A DNA stretch of 64,000 nt. Origin: Macrostomum hystrix (lineage: Eukaryota > Animalia > Platyhelminthes). Position numbers and translations under genes: made by a program. Positions within the stretch are counted from its first letter, which is position 1; each line of letters starts with the position of its first letter. This document shows positions 11,140 through 23,340 of the stretch, one piece after another. The DNA lies in contig CATNEN010000038.1 in NCBI GenBank assembly GCA_950097015.1, forward strand, positions 28,272,001 through 28,336,000, written 5' to 3'. The notes under the pieces are model-generated. The model did not search any database, was not told where the DNA came from, and saw only the letters and a list, made by a program, of their open reading frames with translations.

Positions 11140-11745
11140 GATTGTTCTTTTGTTCGTCTGCGGACCGGCTGTCTGTGGACAAGTTGTGTTTCTGTCTGTG
11201 GACCGGCTCTCTGTCTGCGGACAAGCTGTGCGTCTGTCTGCGGACCGGCTGTGTGTGCCTGTCTGTGGACCGGCTTTGTGTGACTTTTTGTGGACTAGCT
11301 GTGTGTGTCTGTCTGCGGACTAGCTGTGTGTCTGTCTGTAGACTGGCTGTGTCTGTCTGTGGATTGGCTGTGTCTGTTTGTGGACTGGCTGTGTCTGTCT
11401 GTGGACTGGCTGTGTCTGTCTGTGGACTGGCTGTGTCTGTCTGTGGACTGGCTGTGTCTGTCTGTGGACTGGCTGTGTCTGTCTGTGGATTGGCTGTGTC
11501 TGTCTGTGGACTGGCTGTGTCTGTTTGTGGATTGGCTGTGTCTGTCTGTGGACTGGCTGTGTCTGTTTGTGGACTGGCTGTGTCTGTCTGTGGATTGGCT
11601 GTGTCTGTCTGTGGACTGGCTGTGTCTGTTTGTGGACTGGCTGTGTCTGTCTGTGGACTGGCTGTGTCTGTCTGTGGACTGGCTGTGTCTGTCTGTGGAC
11701 TGGCTGTGTCTGTCTGTGGACTGGCTGTGTCTGTCTGTGGATTGT
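11140..11745. repeat. 21-bp minisatellite
   Basis: Unit GTGGACTGGCTGTGTCTGTCT. Confidence 0.95.
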
Positions 11746-12159
11746 CTAGCTGTCCGCATTGTGTCGTCTATCCCAGCGGGGCTTCTCGGAGTCCTCAATG
11801 CTCTCTAGCTAAATTTTTTTCAATTTGCGTCAGCTAAAATAGCGGGCAGTCTCGTGTTTCTAAAAAATGAATAATAAAGGTCCTTGGTTGAATGGGACTT
11901 TAGACCAATTATTAGTGCAAAGCAGCCGTTCTACCCTCAGTGTTCCGTTAAGTTAGGCAGCTATATTCTTCTGATTTGGCCATGTTTTGCCAGTCGGGGG
12001 GGCGTGATTGTTTTTCAGGCCGAAATGAGCAGGAGACTATTCAATAGAAACGCGAAATTCAAATGTTAATTGTTCGGAGTAAATTTTGCTTCAGCTTTCA
12101 AAGTTACGAGCCTAAATACTGCATTTTCAAGCTTTTAAAAGCTGTACTGACGCGGTACT

Positions 12160-13425
12160 ATATGAGATGCTACATGTAGATATGGGATCTCAGGGTAGAT
12201 ATGGGGTCTCAGGGTAGATATGGGATGCTACTTGTAGATATGTGATCTCAGGGTAGATATGGGATCTCAGGGGTAGATATGGGATCTCAGGGTCGATAAG
12301 GGATCTCAGGGGTAGATATGAGATCTCTGGGAAGATATGGGATCTCAGGGGTAGATATGAGATCTCAGGGGTAGATATGGGATCTCAGGGTAGATATGGG
12401 ATCTCTGGGTCGATAAGGGATTTCAGGGTAGATATGGGATCTCAGGGTAGATATGGGATCTCAGGGGTAGATATGAGATCTCAGGGGTAGATATGGGATC
12501 TCAGGGTAGATATGGGATCTCTGGGTCGATAAGGGATTTCAGGGTAGATATCGGATCTCAGGGTCGATAAGGGATCTCAGGGGTAGATTTGGGATCTCGG
12601 GGGTAGATATGTGATCTCAGGGTAGATATGGGATCTCAGGGGTAGATATGGGATCTCAGGGTCGATAAGGGATCTCAGGGGTAGATATGAGATCTCTGGG
12701 AAGATATGGGATCTTAGGGTAGATATGGGATCTCAGGGTAGATATGGGATCTCAGGGGTAGATATGAGATCTCAGGGGTAGATATGGGATCTCAGGGTAG
12801 ATATGGGATCTCTGGGTCGATAAGGGATCTCAGGGGTAGATTTGGGATCTCAGGGGTAGATATGGGATGCTACATGTAGATATGGGATCTCAGGGTATAT
12901 ATGGGATCTCAGGGTAAATAAGGGATCTCGGGGGTAGATTTGGGATCTCAGGGGTAGATAGCTCGTATAGGATCTCAGGGTAGATAGCTCGAATGGGATC
13001 TCAGGGTAGATAAAGGATCTTAGGGTAGATATGGGATCTCAGGGTAGATAAAGGATCTTAGGGTAGATATGGGATCTCAGGGTAGATATGGGATCTCAGG
13101 GTCGATAAGGGATCTCAGGGTAGATAAGGTATCTCTGGGTAGATATGGGATCTCAGGGTCGATAAGGGATCTCAGGGTAGATAAGGTATCTCTGGGTAGA
13201 TATGGGATCTTAGGGTCGATAAGGGATCTCAGGGTAGATATGGGATCTCAGGGTCGATAAGGGATCTCAGGGTAGATATGGGATCTCAGGGTCGATAAGG
13301 GATCTCAGGGTAGATATGGTTCTCATGGTCGATAAGGGATCTCAGGGGTAGATTTGGGATCTCAGGGTATATATGGGATCTCAGGGGTAGATATGGGATC
13401 TCAGAGTAGATATGGGATCTAAGGG
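12160..13425. repeat. 19/20-bp minisatellite
   Basis: Unit GGGTAGATATGGGATCTCA. Confidence 0.95.
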
Positions 13426-13849
13426 TAGTTATTGTTTGTTTTAGAAGGATTTGTTTTCTGAGATGATATTTGATCATTGTAAAGCATTTTTATAATATTG
13501 AAAAAATTATTTATTATATTCTGTTAGTACATTTTATTTCTCGATAGTAACTAACAAAATGTTTGACGTCTCAATCGTAGAATTCTATATTTATCTTCAA
13601 TCTTGAATATACTAGCTATAGTTTGAATCAGGCAGTAAAAATTATAATGCCACTTTAGTGTGCGCTTCACAAATTGACTGTGCTTTTTTTATCGACACGC
13701 AACTTTGCTTCCAGGAGACTGGGGGCCTAAAAAAATTCAGGCTTTTACGATTGAAATTAAAATAAAAGGCCTATTGGAGCTACCTTGACACATGCGCCCC
13801 TGTCTCCTTGATCTATGCGGAGGCAATGATATAGTCTTGTAGTAGAGAG

Positions 13850-14855
13850 TGAATCGAGAGTGAGAGGGGAGAGAGTTGGAGTGAGAGAGGAGAGAGGTGG
13901 AGTGAGAGAGGAGAGAGGTGGAGTGAGAGAGGAGAGAGTTGGAGTGAGAGAGGAGAGAGGTGGAGTGAGAGAGGAGAGAGTTGGAGTGAGAGAGGAGAGA
14001 GTTGGAGTGAGAGAGTTGGAGTGAGAGAGGAGAGAGGTGGAGTGAGAGAGTTGGAGTGAGAGAGGAGAGAGGTGGAGTGAGAGAGGAGAGAGGTGGAGTG
14101 AGAGGGGAGAGAGGTGGAGTGAGAGGGGAGAGAGGTGGAGTGAGAGAGGAGAGAGTTGGAGTGAGAGAGGAGAGAGTTGGAGTGAGAGAGGAGAGAGTTG
14201 GAGTGAGAGAGGAGAGAGTTGGAGTAAGAGAGGAGAGAGGTGGAGTGAGAGAGGAGAGAGTTGGAGTGAGAGAGGAGAGAGGTGGAGTGAGAGAGGAGAG
14301 AGTTGGAGTGAGAGAGGAGAGAGTTGGAGTGAGAGAGTTGGAGTGAGAGAGGAGAGAGGTGGAGTGAGAGAGTTGGAGTGAGAGAGGAGAGAGGTGGAGT
14401 GAGAGAGGAGAGAGGTGGAGTGAGAGAGGAGAGAGTTGGAGTGAGAGAGGAGAGAGTTGGAGTGAGAGAGGAGAGAGGTGGAGTGAGAGAGGAGAGAGTT
14501 GGAGTGAGAGAGGAGAGAGGTGGAGTGAGAGAGTTGGAGTGAGAGAGGAGAGAGGTGGAGTGAGAGAGGAGAGAGTTGAAGTTAGAGAGGAGAGAGGTGG
14601 AGTGAGAGAGTTGGAGTGAGAGAGGAGAGAGGTGGAGTGAGAGAGGAGAGAGGTGGAGTGAGAGAGGAGAGAGGTGGAGTGAGAGAGGAGAGAGGTGGAG
14701 TGAGAGAGGAGAGAGGGGGAGAGAGAGGAGAGAGAGGAGAGAGAGGGGGGAGAGTAGAGAGAGGAGAGAGAGGAGAGAGAGAGGGGGGAGAGGAGAGAGA
14801 GGAGAGAGAGGAGGGAGAGTAGAGAGAGGGGGAGAGAGGGGGAGAGAGAGGAGAG
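13850..14855. repeat. GA-rich 21/14-bp array (left part)
   Basis: Unit GGAGTGAGAGAGGAGAGAGKT. Confidence 0.95.
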
Positions 14856-14914
14856 CACCTCCAATCCCAGGCACTGACGCGGTAAAGAGTTAAAGCTGAC
14901 TTTAATTTTAATTT

Positions 14915-14951
14915 TGCCGATATTTCGAATTAAAAATTCTTCGTCAGGGCA
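14915..14951 (-). ncRNA. Minimal type-I hammerhead ribozyme
   Basis: UGCC-CUGACGA-A-GAAUU(UUU)AAUUC-GAAA-UAUC-GGCA: full core, helices I and II, palindromic AUAU helix III. Confidence 0.75.
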
Positions 14952-15343
14952 GAAAAAAACGAATTTATTTTGGCGTGATAGGCTGTGTAAATATAAAGTT
15001 TTAAATGCCGATAAAAATCGATAGAAAGAGAGAGAGAGCTCAATAGTGTAAAACCCTAGCAAGTACATTATGATGGGTCAAAAACTCTAAGAGAAGCTGG
15101 GTTGGTGTTTAAAACTGTACAGGTGGGCGGTCGGAATGACCTTAATAGCGAAATAGGCGAGCGAGAATAAAATACAAAAGGTGAGCAAAGTACAAATTAA
15201 AGGAATTTAATTTACTAAAATTAAAGGAAAACGTGCACGGGCACCGAATACGGCGTCAAACTAATAAAATTAAATACACGGAAAAAAACACATAAAAGAA
15301 CGACAGATTGGTACTGTGCATGGATGGACTCAGTCCATAGATT

Positions 15344-16162
15344 CTAGCCGACTGTGGCAGAGCAGGCGGGTAGCACAGGGGCTTCACAGTGCCGTGCCAC
15401 CTGGTCTCTCACCTTGGCAACCAAGGCCTCAGATGCCCCACAATGGGGCAGAATGAGCGGGATGGCCGGATTGTGTAGAACGGCGGCTTGATCGTTGATT
15501 CCGTGTGGGGATCGGGTCCTGAGGACCTCGATCAGCTTCGCTTCTTGGCGCTGGCGCCGATCATTGGCGTTAGGACCAGAACGGTCGCGGGTCTAAATGC
15601 CTGTGAAGGCGAAGTCCGCCAGACTGTGACCATCACTGGTAAAGTGGCGGGCCACCGGGGTGGCGCGGTCGTGCCGGATGTCGCCAATGTGTGCCAGCAT
15701 GCGGCCACGGATGCTGTTGGCGGTCTCGCCAACGTAGACCGTGTGGTCGCATCGGCGACAGAACACAGTGTAGATGGCGTTCAAGGCGTTGCAGTCTATC
15801 CTCTGGCTGATGACGAGTTGGACTGATGTCGCGGCTGAACCAGGACAGACGGAGGTGAATCTGGCGTGCGCCTGGCAGCACTTGCAGAGCCGGACCGGGT
15901 TGCATGGCAGGAAGCCGATCTCCCACTGTCTGGTTGGGTAGAAGCCCATCTCCGTCAGTACGTCGTACTTGATGGTGCGCAGAAGCCGCCGGCTGTATCA
16001 TTGGTGTTGCACCAGGTTGGACATCAGCCCGGTGCACGCCGCATCGAAGTCGGCCATCCGAGAACATCGTCGGGCGTATCTGAGTAGCTGGGATTTCACC
16101 ACGCCACGGAAAGTCCGCTTAGGATGGAATGAGTCGCGGTGGATGAGGGCTCGGCTGTCAGT
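15344..16162 (-). pseudogene. PLE RT-thumb/GIY-YIG endonuclease remnant with two in-frame stops
   Basis: TDSRALIHRDSFHPK..KSQLLRYARRCS..CNPVRLCKCC..NAIYTVFCRRCDHTVYVGET..VARHF..RQEAKLIEVLRTRSPHGIN; stops at 15998-16000 and 15593-15595. Confidence 0.88.
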
Positions 16163-16302
16163 AGTGTGAAGAATTGAGAGAACCAGTCAGCGGATTAATT
16201 GTCAGAAAAGTACGCGCTCACACTCGCATGCAGCGCGGGTCATTTATATTATTTTATCAGCACGTTGGCATCAATGTACATATATTATGAACTGGATTAA
16301 TT

Positions 16303-17450
16303 AGAGAGGTGGAGTGAGAGAGGAGAGTGGTGGAGTGAGAGAGCTGGAGTGAGAGAGGAGAGTGGTGGAGTGAGAGAGGTGGAGTGAGAGAGGAGAGTGG
16401 TGGAGTGAGAGAGGTGGAGTGAGAGAGGAGAGAGGTGGAGTGAGAGAGGTGGAGTGAGAGAGGAGAGAGGTGGAGTGAGAGAGGAGAGTGGTGGAGTGAG
16501 AGAGCTGGAGTGAGAGAGGAGAGTGGCGGATTGAGAGAGGTGGAGTGAGAGAGGAGAGAGGTGGATTGAGAGAGGTGGAGTGAGAGAGGAGAGAGGTGGA
16601 GTGAGAGAGGAGAGTGGTGGAGTGAGAGAGCTGGAGTGAGAGAGGAGAGTGGTGGAGTGAGAGAGGTGGAGTGAGAGAGGAGAGAGGTGGAGTGAGAGAG
16701 GAGAGTGGTGGAGTGAGAGAGGTGGAGCGAGAGAGGAGAGAGGTGGAGTGAGCGAGGTGGAGGGAGAGAGGTGGAGTAAGAGAGGTTGATTGAGAGAGGA
16801 GAGAGGTGGGGTAAGAAGAGAGAGTAGGAGTGAGATGGGAGAGAGGTGGAGTGAGAGAGGAGAGAGAGAGGTGGAGTGAGAGAGGAGAGAGGTGGAGTGA
16901 GCGAGGTGGAGGGAGAGAAGTAGAGTGGTGGAGTGAGAGAGGAGAGAGGTGGAGTGAGCGAGGTGGAGGGAGAGAAGTAGAGTGGTGGAGTGAGAGAGGA
17001 GAGAGGTGGAGTGAGCGAGGTGGAGGGAGAGAGGTGGAGTGAGAGGTGGAGTGAGAGAGGTGGAGGGAGAGAGGTGGAGTGAGAGAGGTGGAGGGAGAGA
17101 GGTGGAGTGAGAGAGGTGGAGGGAGAGAGGTGGAGTGAGAGAGGTGGAGGGAGAGAGGTGGAGGGAGAGAGGTGGAGTGAGAGAGGTGGAGTGAGAGAGG
17201 TGGAGTGAGCGAGGTGGAGGGAGAGAGGTGGAGTGAGAGAGGTTGATTGAGAGAGGAGAGAGGTGGGGTAAGAAGAGAGAGTAGGAGTGAGATGGGAGAG
17301 AGGTGGAGTGAGAGAGGAGAGAGAGAGGTGGAGTGAGAGAGGAGAGAGGTGGAGTGAGAGAGGTGGAGTGAGAGAGGTGGAGTGAGAGAGGTGGAGTGAG
17401 AGAGGTGGAGTGAGAGAGGTGGAGTGAGAAAGGTGGAGTGAGTGAAGAGG
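16303..17450. repeat. GA-rich array (right part)
   Basis: Same GGAGTGAGAGAGG unit as 13850-14855. Confidence 0.95.
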
Positions 17451-18017
17451 AGATTTGACGATATTAGCAGAGGTGAAAGGAGAGGGTTAGGTGTGCATAG
17501 GGTAGTTTAGGGTTAATGGGCGACACAATAGAGTATTCAAAGCCATAAAGAGTGACACAGACTAAATATAGAGATAAGCGAAGAACAGGAGTGCTTGAGA
17601 GCAAATTAATCAGTACCCACAGAGACATGATAGAATAGGTGTTGCCGGCATCAATGCTGCAAAATTCAACAAGAAATTGTTCGAAAAAAAATTCTAAGAG
17701 AAAGAGAAAAAACAGTTTTTCAGGGCCAAAATAGTTATAGCCATTTGTTATTGAGAATTCAATTAATAAAATTGAATGCTTGCTATCTTGTCTAGTCCTA
17801 GTTATAAATTGTAAACATTTAGTCTGTCAAATATGCAGGTAACAACAATATCATCCAGCTTGCAAATAATTTTTCGAAAAAGTTCATTGTTCTACCTTGT
17901 CATCAGGGGCTGATAAATTTATTATTCAATATTTTTTGTTTCGGCGTAGGGGGGTACAATGAAAAGAGAGACTGAGCGGCACGAGATTAAAAGTTAAAAA
18001 TATACATGGGATAGATT

Positions 18018-18725
18018 AAAATGTCAGATAGAGAGACACGGGTTAGAATGAAATGTCAGACAGAGAGACACGGGGTAGAATGAAATGTCAGACAGATAGA
18101 CACGGGGTAGAATGAAATGTCAGACAGATAGACACGGGGTAGAATGAAATGTCAGACAGAGAGACACGGGGTAGAATCAAATGTCAGACAGAGAGACACG
18201 GGGTAGAATGAAATGTCAGACAGAGAGACACGGGGTAGAATGAAATGTCAGACAGAGAGACACGGGGTAGAATCAAATGTCAGATAGAGAGACACGGGGT
18301 AGAATCAAATGTCAGACAGAGAGACACGGGGTAGAATGAAATGTCAGACAGAGAGACACGGGGTAGAATGAAATGTCAGACAGATAGACACGGGGTAGAA
18401 TGAAATGTCAGACAGAGAGACACTGGGTAGAATGAAATGTCAGACAGATAGACACGGGGTAGAATGAAATGTCAGACAGAGAGACACGGGGTAGAATGAA
18501 ATGTCAGACAGAGAGACACGGGGTAGAATGAAATGTCAGACAGAGAGACACGGGGTAGAATGAAATGTCAGATAGAGAGACACGGGGTAGAATGAAATGT
18601 CAGACAGAGAGACACGGGGTAGAATCAAATGTCAGACAGAGAGACACGGGGTAGAATCAAATGTCAGACAGAGAGACACGGGGTAGAATGAAATGTCAGA
18701 CAGAGAGACACTGGGTAGAATGAAA
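18018..18725. repeat. 32-bp minisatellite
   Basis: Unit AAATGTCAGACAGAGAGACACGGGGTAGAATG. Confidence 0.95.
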
Positions 18726-18786
18726 TAGAAAGTTTATGCGAACACAGGAATGAGTCGAGAATAACAAATCTTCAATCATCCAATAG

Positions 18787-19326
18787 GAGGACCGCAGCAG
18801 CATCGCAGGCGGTGGACTTAGTCCGGCACCCGTTGCTGCTGCTGCTGCTGCCGGCAAAACTGAGCCCAATCCAGATGGTAAAGATGATTGCAAAGAATCC
18901 GATGAACCTGTCAAAAGCGACGATACTGCGGCCTCCGTCACCGCCGCCGCCGCACAGCAGCAGCGCCAACTTTTGGCTGGCAAAGCCAGGGCCAGGCAGA
19001 AGATCTCGCTGATGCGCGAGCGTCGAGCTCTTCGCACTCTTGGCATCGTCATGGGCGTCTTCATGCTCTGCTGGCTGCCGTTCTTCATCATCTACCTGGC
19101 AGGAGCATGGAATTTTAAAACGAAGGATGGATTTGAAGCTGCAGTCTGGCTAGGCTATGTGAACTCTGCGCTTAACCCCGTCATCTACACGGTGTTCAAC
19201 GAAGATTTTCGCATCGCTGTTTCTCGACTGCTTCGCCTAGGCCTCAAGCGTCGACCAGCGGCCGATACAGCCGCGGCTGCTGCGCCTGTTGTCATCGGGC
19301 CAGCTCCGCGCCGACTTTTCGGCTGA
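18787..19326 (+). CDS. Biogenic amine GPCR exon 2, ICL3 and TM6-7 (413 aa total)
   Basis: caatAG acceptor in frame; KISLMRERRALRTLGIVMGVFMLCWLPFF, WLGYVNSALNPVIY. Confidence 0.92.
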   Translation, partial: EDRSSIAGGGLSPAPVAAAAAAGKTEPNPDGKDDCKESDEPVKSDDTAASVTAAAAQQQRQLLAGKARARQKISLMRERRALRTLGIVMGVFMLCWLPFFIIYLAGAWNFKTKDGFEAAVWLGYVNSALNPVIYTVFNEDFRIAVSRLLRLGLKRRPAADTAAAAAPVVIGPAPRRLFG

Positions 19327-19440
19327 GCTAGCTCAAATTTAGTCTATGGGCGATAAGGCGAATGAAGCGGTGTACTTGTGTGACGAATCAAGATTAATCA
19401 CCAAGTTCCGACATTGATTTAGTTTACCGAGCTGTTAACT

Positions 19441-19640
19441 GTAGAAAGAACACGCTATTTTTCACTCTGGGGTAAAAACCACGCGGGGGTATTTCAAGTG
19501 ACCTCTGCCTACTTCACGATAGATGCCAAACCGAATGATCGATTTTTGTGAAATTCCACCAAATTCGTCAACATTTTCCGCCCTTTACGATGAAACTAAA
19601 TTTCAAAGCCGTCGGACGTCAGCATCGTCGAGATATTCAG
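19441..19640 (+). repeat. Dispersed repeat, related to 6679-6728 (+) and 57690-57852 (-)
   Basis: Shared CCGAATGAYCGATTTTYGTGAAAKTCCAC; the 19.5 and 57.7 kb copies also share downstream TTCCGCC..GAGATATTC. Confidence 0.55.
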
Positions 19641-22063
19641 CGTGGCGACAAGCAAAACTAACATAGCTACCAATATGGCGAATCCCTGTTGTTTCAATAA
19701 TCTGAGTCCATCTTTGAGATGTAGATCGGGTGCTTTTGTTGAAGGCCCCGACGGTCGGCGCCGATGCTCCCGTGATGCTCCGGTGACGGGGATGAAGGGT
19801 ACCCAGGTGACTTGGATGCTGAGAACAAAGTTCCCTGCGACTGATTAACAAAAATTGTGGAGCCAACATTGCTTCCATGATAAATGTGGTACGCAGAAAA
19901 ATATTCCTATATTTGTGTTTTTTTGCAACCAGACACCCCCAACGAGAATCGATGAATATCTGGACGATGCCTATGTTTTGTGATTCTGGAAGTTGTTTCA
20001 TCGGATACAGCGGAAAGTTTTAGCCCGTGTTCTGCAGTTTCATGGCGATTGGTTGAATATTTGCGGAGGTACAGAAAAAACAAAGGTCTTGCTGTACAAT
20101 AATTAGCTGAGGGGGGTACATAAAATACTGGCGGATGATGCACCCTAAGCTCAGGGTTTATGAAGTGCAGCGCAAAACTGATTGATTAGTCGACAACTCC
20201 TGAATCGTGTAAATCTTTACACGAAAGAAAAAATCTTTATAAAATTCAGCAGCTTTTGTCCGTTTCTTTTAATACGTCATTGCTTTTGTTTTGTGCACGC
20301 TTCAAAAATTGATCGGTTTGTCGTCGTCGTTCAAATTAGAGTCTAATGACTCTTATTTGATTCTTAAAAAATAATTTTGCTTCTCTTCCTTTCAGTCTGG
20401 TTTTCAATAGTTTCTATCGCCCATAACGGGAGGAAATGAATTTCTATGTTTAGAAACCGCAGTGTGTGGAACCCGTTGTCAAACGAAAATCATGTGACTG
20501 AACCTGAGCCGATCAATTTATGTTCTATGGCGTCATCGTCGTCGATATAAATTAGTTTATTTTTTAACTCGATTATCCGACGTTAATTAGAAAAAAATAT
20601 TTTTATGTATTTTTTATTTTATTTAAAAGCTGTTATTCACTTTTCAGACTAATCCGTATGGCTACCGCAATTTCGCTTTGATTAAATTTTTTTGCTTTGC
20701 CGCTGCTTCGCTAGCAAACAGTTTAAAACTTTTGAAAATATTTTTTGCCACATTACGTCATCAAGTTATTTTTGATATTATAATCAATAATCAACAGATG
20801 AAGCTTTTCATTTTTTTCATCGGAAGTTTATGAAAAGAAGATAAAATTATTTATTAAGTTAGATTTTCTTTAAAGCGCTTCATTTTTGCCGTCATAGATA
20901 TCGGGAATTTTATTAAGACGGCATATGCAACTGACATTTCAGAAATCAAATATCAATTTTTCTGATCTCTAAATAATTATTTAAAGGCTGACTGGAGTCT
21001 TCAGAGCTGTTTTGTCCTATATATTTTTGTAATATTTGTTTGCGTTTTTTATTTTCAGAATTATTTCGGACACAAATTTCACTGTGATTAAGTTACCAAA
21101 TGTTTTTAGAATTTAACAAGAAAGCGATTTGGTCTCGGAAACGATCCTAGTTACAATTTTCCTGCTTTCTTTAAGTGCTTTGAAACGACACAACTGTCCA
21201 AACTCAGTGGACATAAAGTAATTTCAAAAGGAAGAATTTCCAAAATTCAATATAAAAATGTGCACTAAATGTCGCTTCGTTTTTTGAGTGTCCTTTTTGT
21301 ATAAACTATACTTTTTTATATTTAATTGGCAATTTTTTGTACATGCCCACTACTGTCGTTCGTTTTCGTTATATCTAATCGTTTTTTTTCGCAGCAGCGA
21401 TACAAGATAAAATAAAGAAGAGACGACAATTGACGAATATTTTTTAGTACGGAAAATTATACTTAGTAGTTTATTTTTTTCTAATGATCGATTCAAAAAT
21501 AGCAATAGTATATAGTATATCCTAATTGTATTTTTTTCTAAAGCTAAAACATAAAATCGAAATGTTTCGAAATATAAAATTGTTATACTACATACTGTAG
21601 TTATTGCATATACAGTATTGTTATACTATTGTTATACTACAGTTCACTGTATATGCAGTGAAGTAAAAGTTGCAATTTCTTTCAGTCTTCGAATACCGTA
21701 TAACTAGATAGATACAGGCTTAGTTTTCTAATTGTTTTCTTTTGTCCGCCAAAAAAATGAAAAGCGATTTGCCGCCCGGAAACGTGACATTGTAAATTTT
21801 GATTTTTAAGTGAAGCAAAAAATTCTAGCTACGTTTTTATTGCCGATTAAAAATTACGAATTAAAAAAAATTGAACAGACATTTTGTTAAGACATTTTTT
21901 CCTTTCAATTAGTTAAAAAACGAATGATTTAAGTTGATATTTTTATTCATAGTCACAGTCGTCTGAAATCTGAACCGATGTTAAAGCTAGTCAGATTAAG
22001 AACAATAAAATATATATTACGAGTATGAAATCTCATGACGTGCAGATGACAGGACATGAGAAA

Positions 22064-23340
22064 TTCTTATCGGAAATCTACAGACTTTCTTATCGGAAAT
22101 CTACAGACTTTCTCATCGGAAATCTACAGACTTTCTTATTGGAAATCTACAGACTTTCTTATCGGAAATCTACAGACTTTCTTATCGGAAATCTACAGAC
22201 TTTCTTATCGGAAATCTACAGACTTTCTTATCGGAAATCTACAGAGTTTTTTTTCGGAAATCTACAGACTTTCATATCGGAAATCTACAGACTTTCTTAT
22301 CAGAAATCTACATACTTTCTTATCGGAAATCTGCAGACTTTCTTATCGGAAATCTACAGACTTTCTTATCGGAAATCTACAGACTTTCTTATCGGAAATC
22401 TACAGACTTTCTTATCGGAAATCTACAGACTTTCTTATCCGAAATCTACATACTTTCTCATCGGAAATCTACATACTTTCTTATCGGAAATCTACATACT
22501 TTCTTATCGGAAATCTACAGACTTTTTATCGGAAATCTACAGACTTTTTTATCGGAAATCTACATACTTTCTTATCGGAAATCTACATACTTTCTTATCG
22601 GAAATCTACAGACTTTTTATCGGAAATCTACAGACTTTTTTATCGGAAATCTACAGACTTTCTTATCGGAAATCTACAGACTTTCTTATCGGAAATCTAC
22701 AGACTTTCTTATCGGAAATCTACAGACTTTCTTATCGGAAATCTACAGACTTTCTTATCCGAAATCTACATACTTTCTCATCGGAAATCTACATACTTTC
22801 TTATCGGAAATCTACATACTTTCTTATCGGAAATCTACAGACTTTTTATCGGAAATCTACAGACTTTTTTATCGGAAATCTACATACTTTCTTATCGGAA
22901 ATCTACATACTTTCTTATCGGAAATCTACAGACTTTTTATCGGAAATCTACAGACTTTTTTATCGGAAATCTACAGACTTTCTTATCGGAAATCTACAGA
23001 CTTTCTTATCGGAAATCTACAGACTTTCTTATCGGAAATCTACAGACTTTCTTATCGGAAATCTACATACTTTCTTATCGGAAATCTACAGACTTTCTTA
23101 TCGGAAATCTACAGACTTTCTTATCGGAAATCCACAGACTTTCTTATCGGAAATCTACATACTTTCTTATCGGAAATCTACAGACTTTCTTATCGGAAGT
23201 ACATACTTTCTTATCGGAAATCTACAGACTTTCTTATCGGAAATCTACATACTTTCTTATCGGAAATCTACAGACTTTCTCATCGGAAGTACATACTTTC
23301 TTATCGGAAATCTACAGACTTTCTTATTTATAATCTACAG
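22064..23340. repeat. 23-bp minisatellite
   Basis: Unit TCGGAAATCTACAGACTTTCTTA. Confidence 0.95.

Larger units (their letters stand above)
14870..16170 (-). mobile_element. 5'-truncated Penelope-like retroelement (Neptune-type)
   Basis: RT C-terminal region, Cys linker and GIY-YIG remnant, plus an AT-rich 3' UTR with a hammerhead; ends approximate. Confidence 0.85.

Noticed and set aside
19603-20143. Short ORFs and a GC-rich patch downstream of the GPCR
   Set aside because: No recognisable domain or consistent exon chain in any frame
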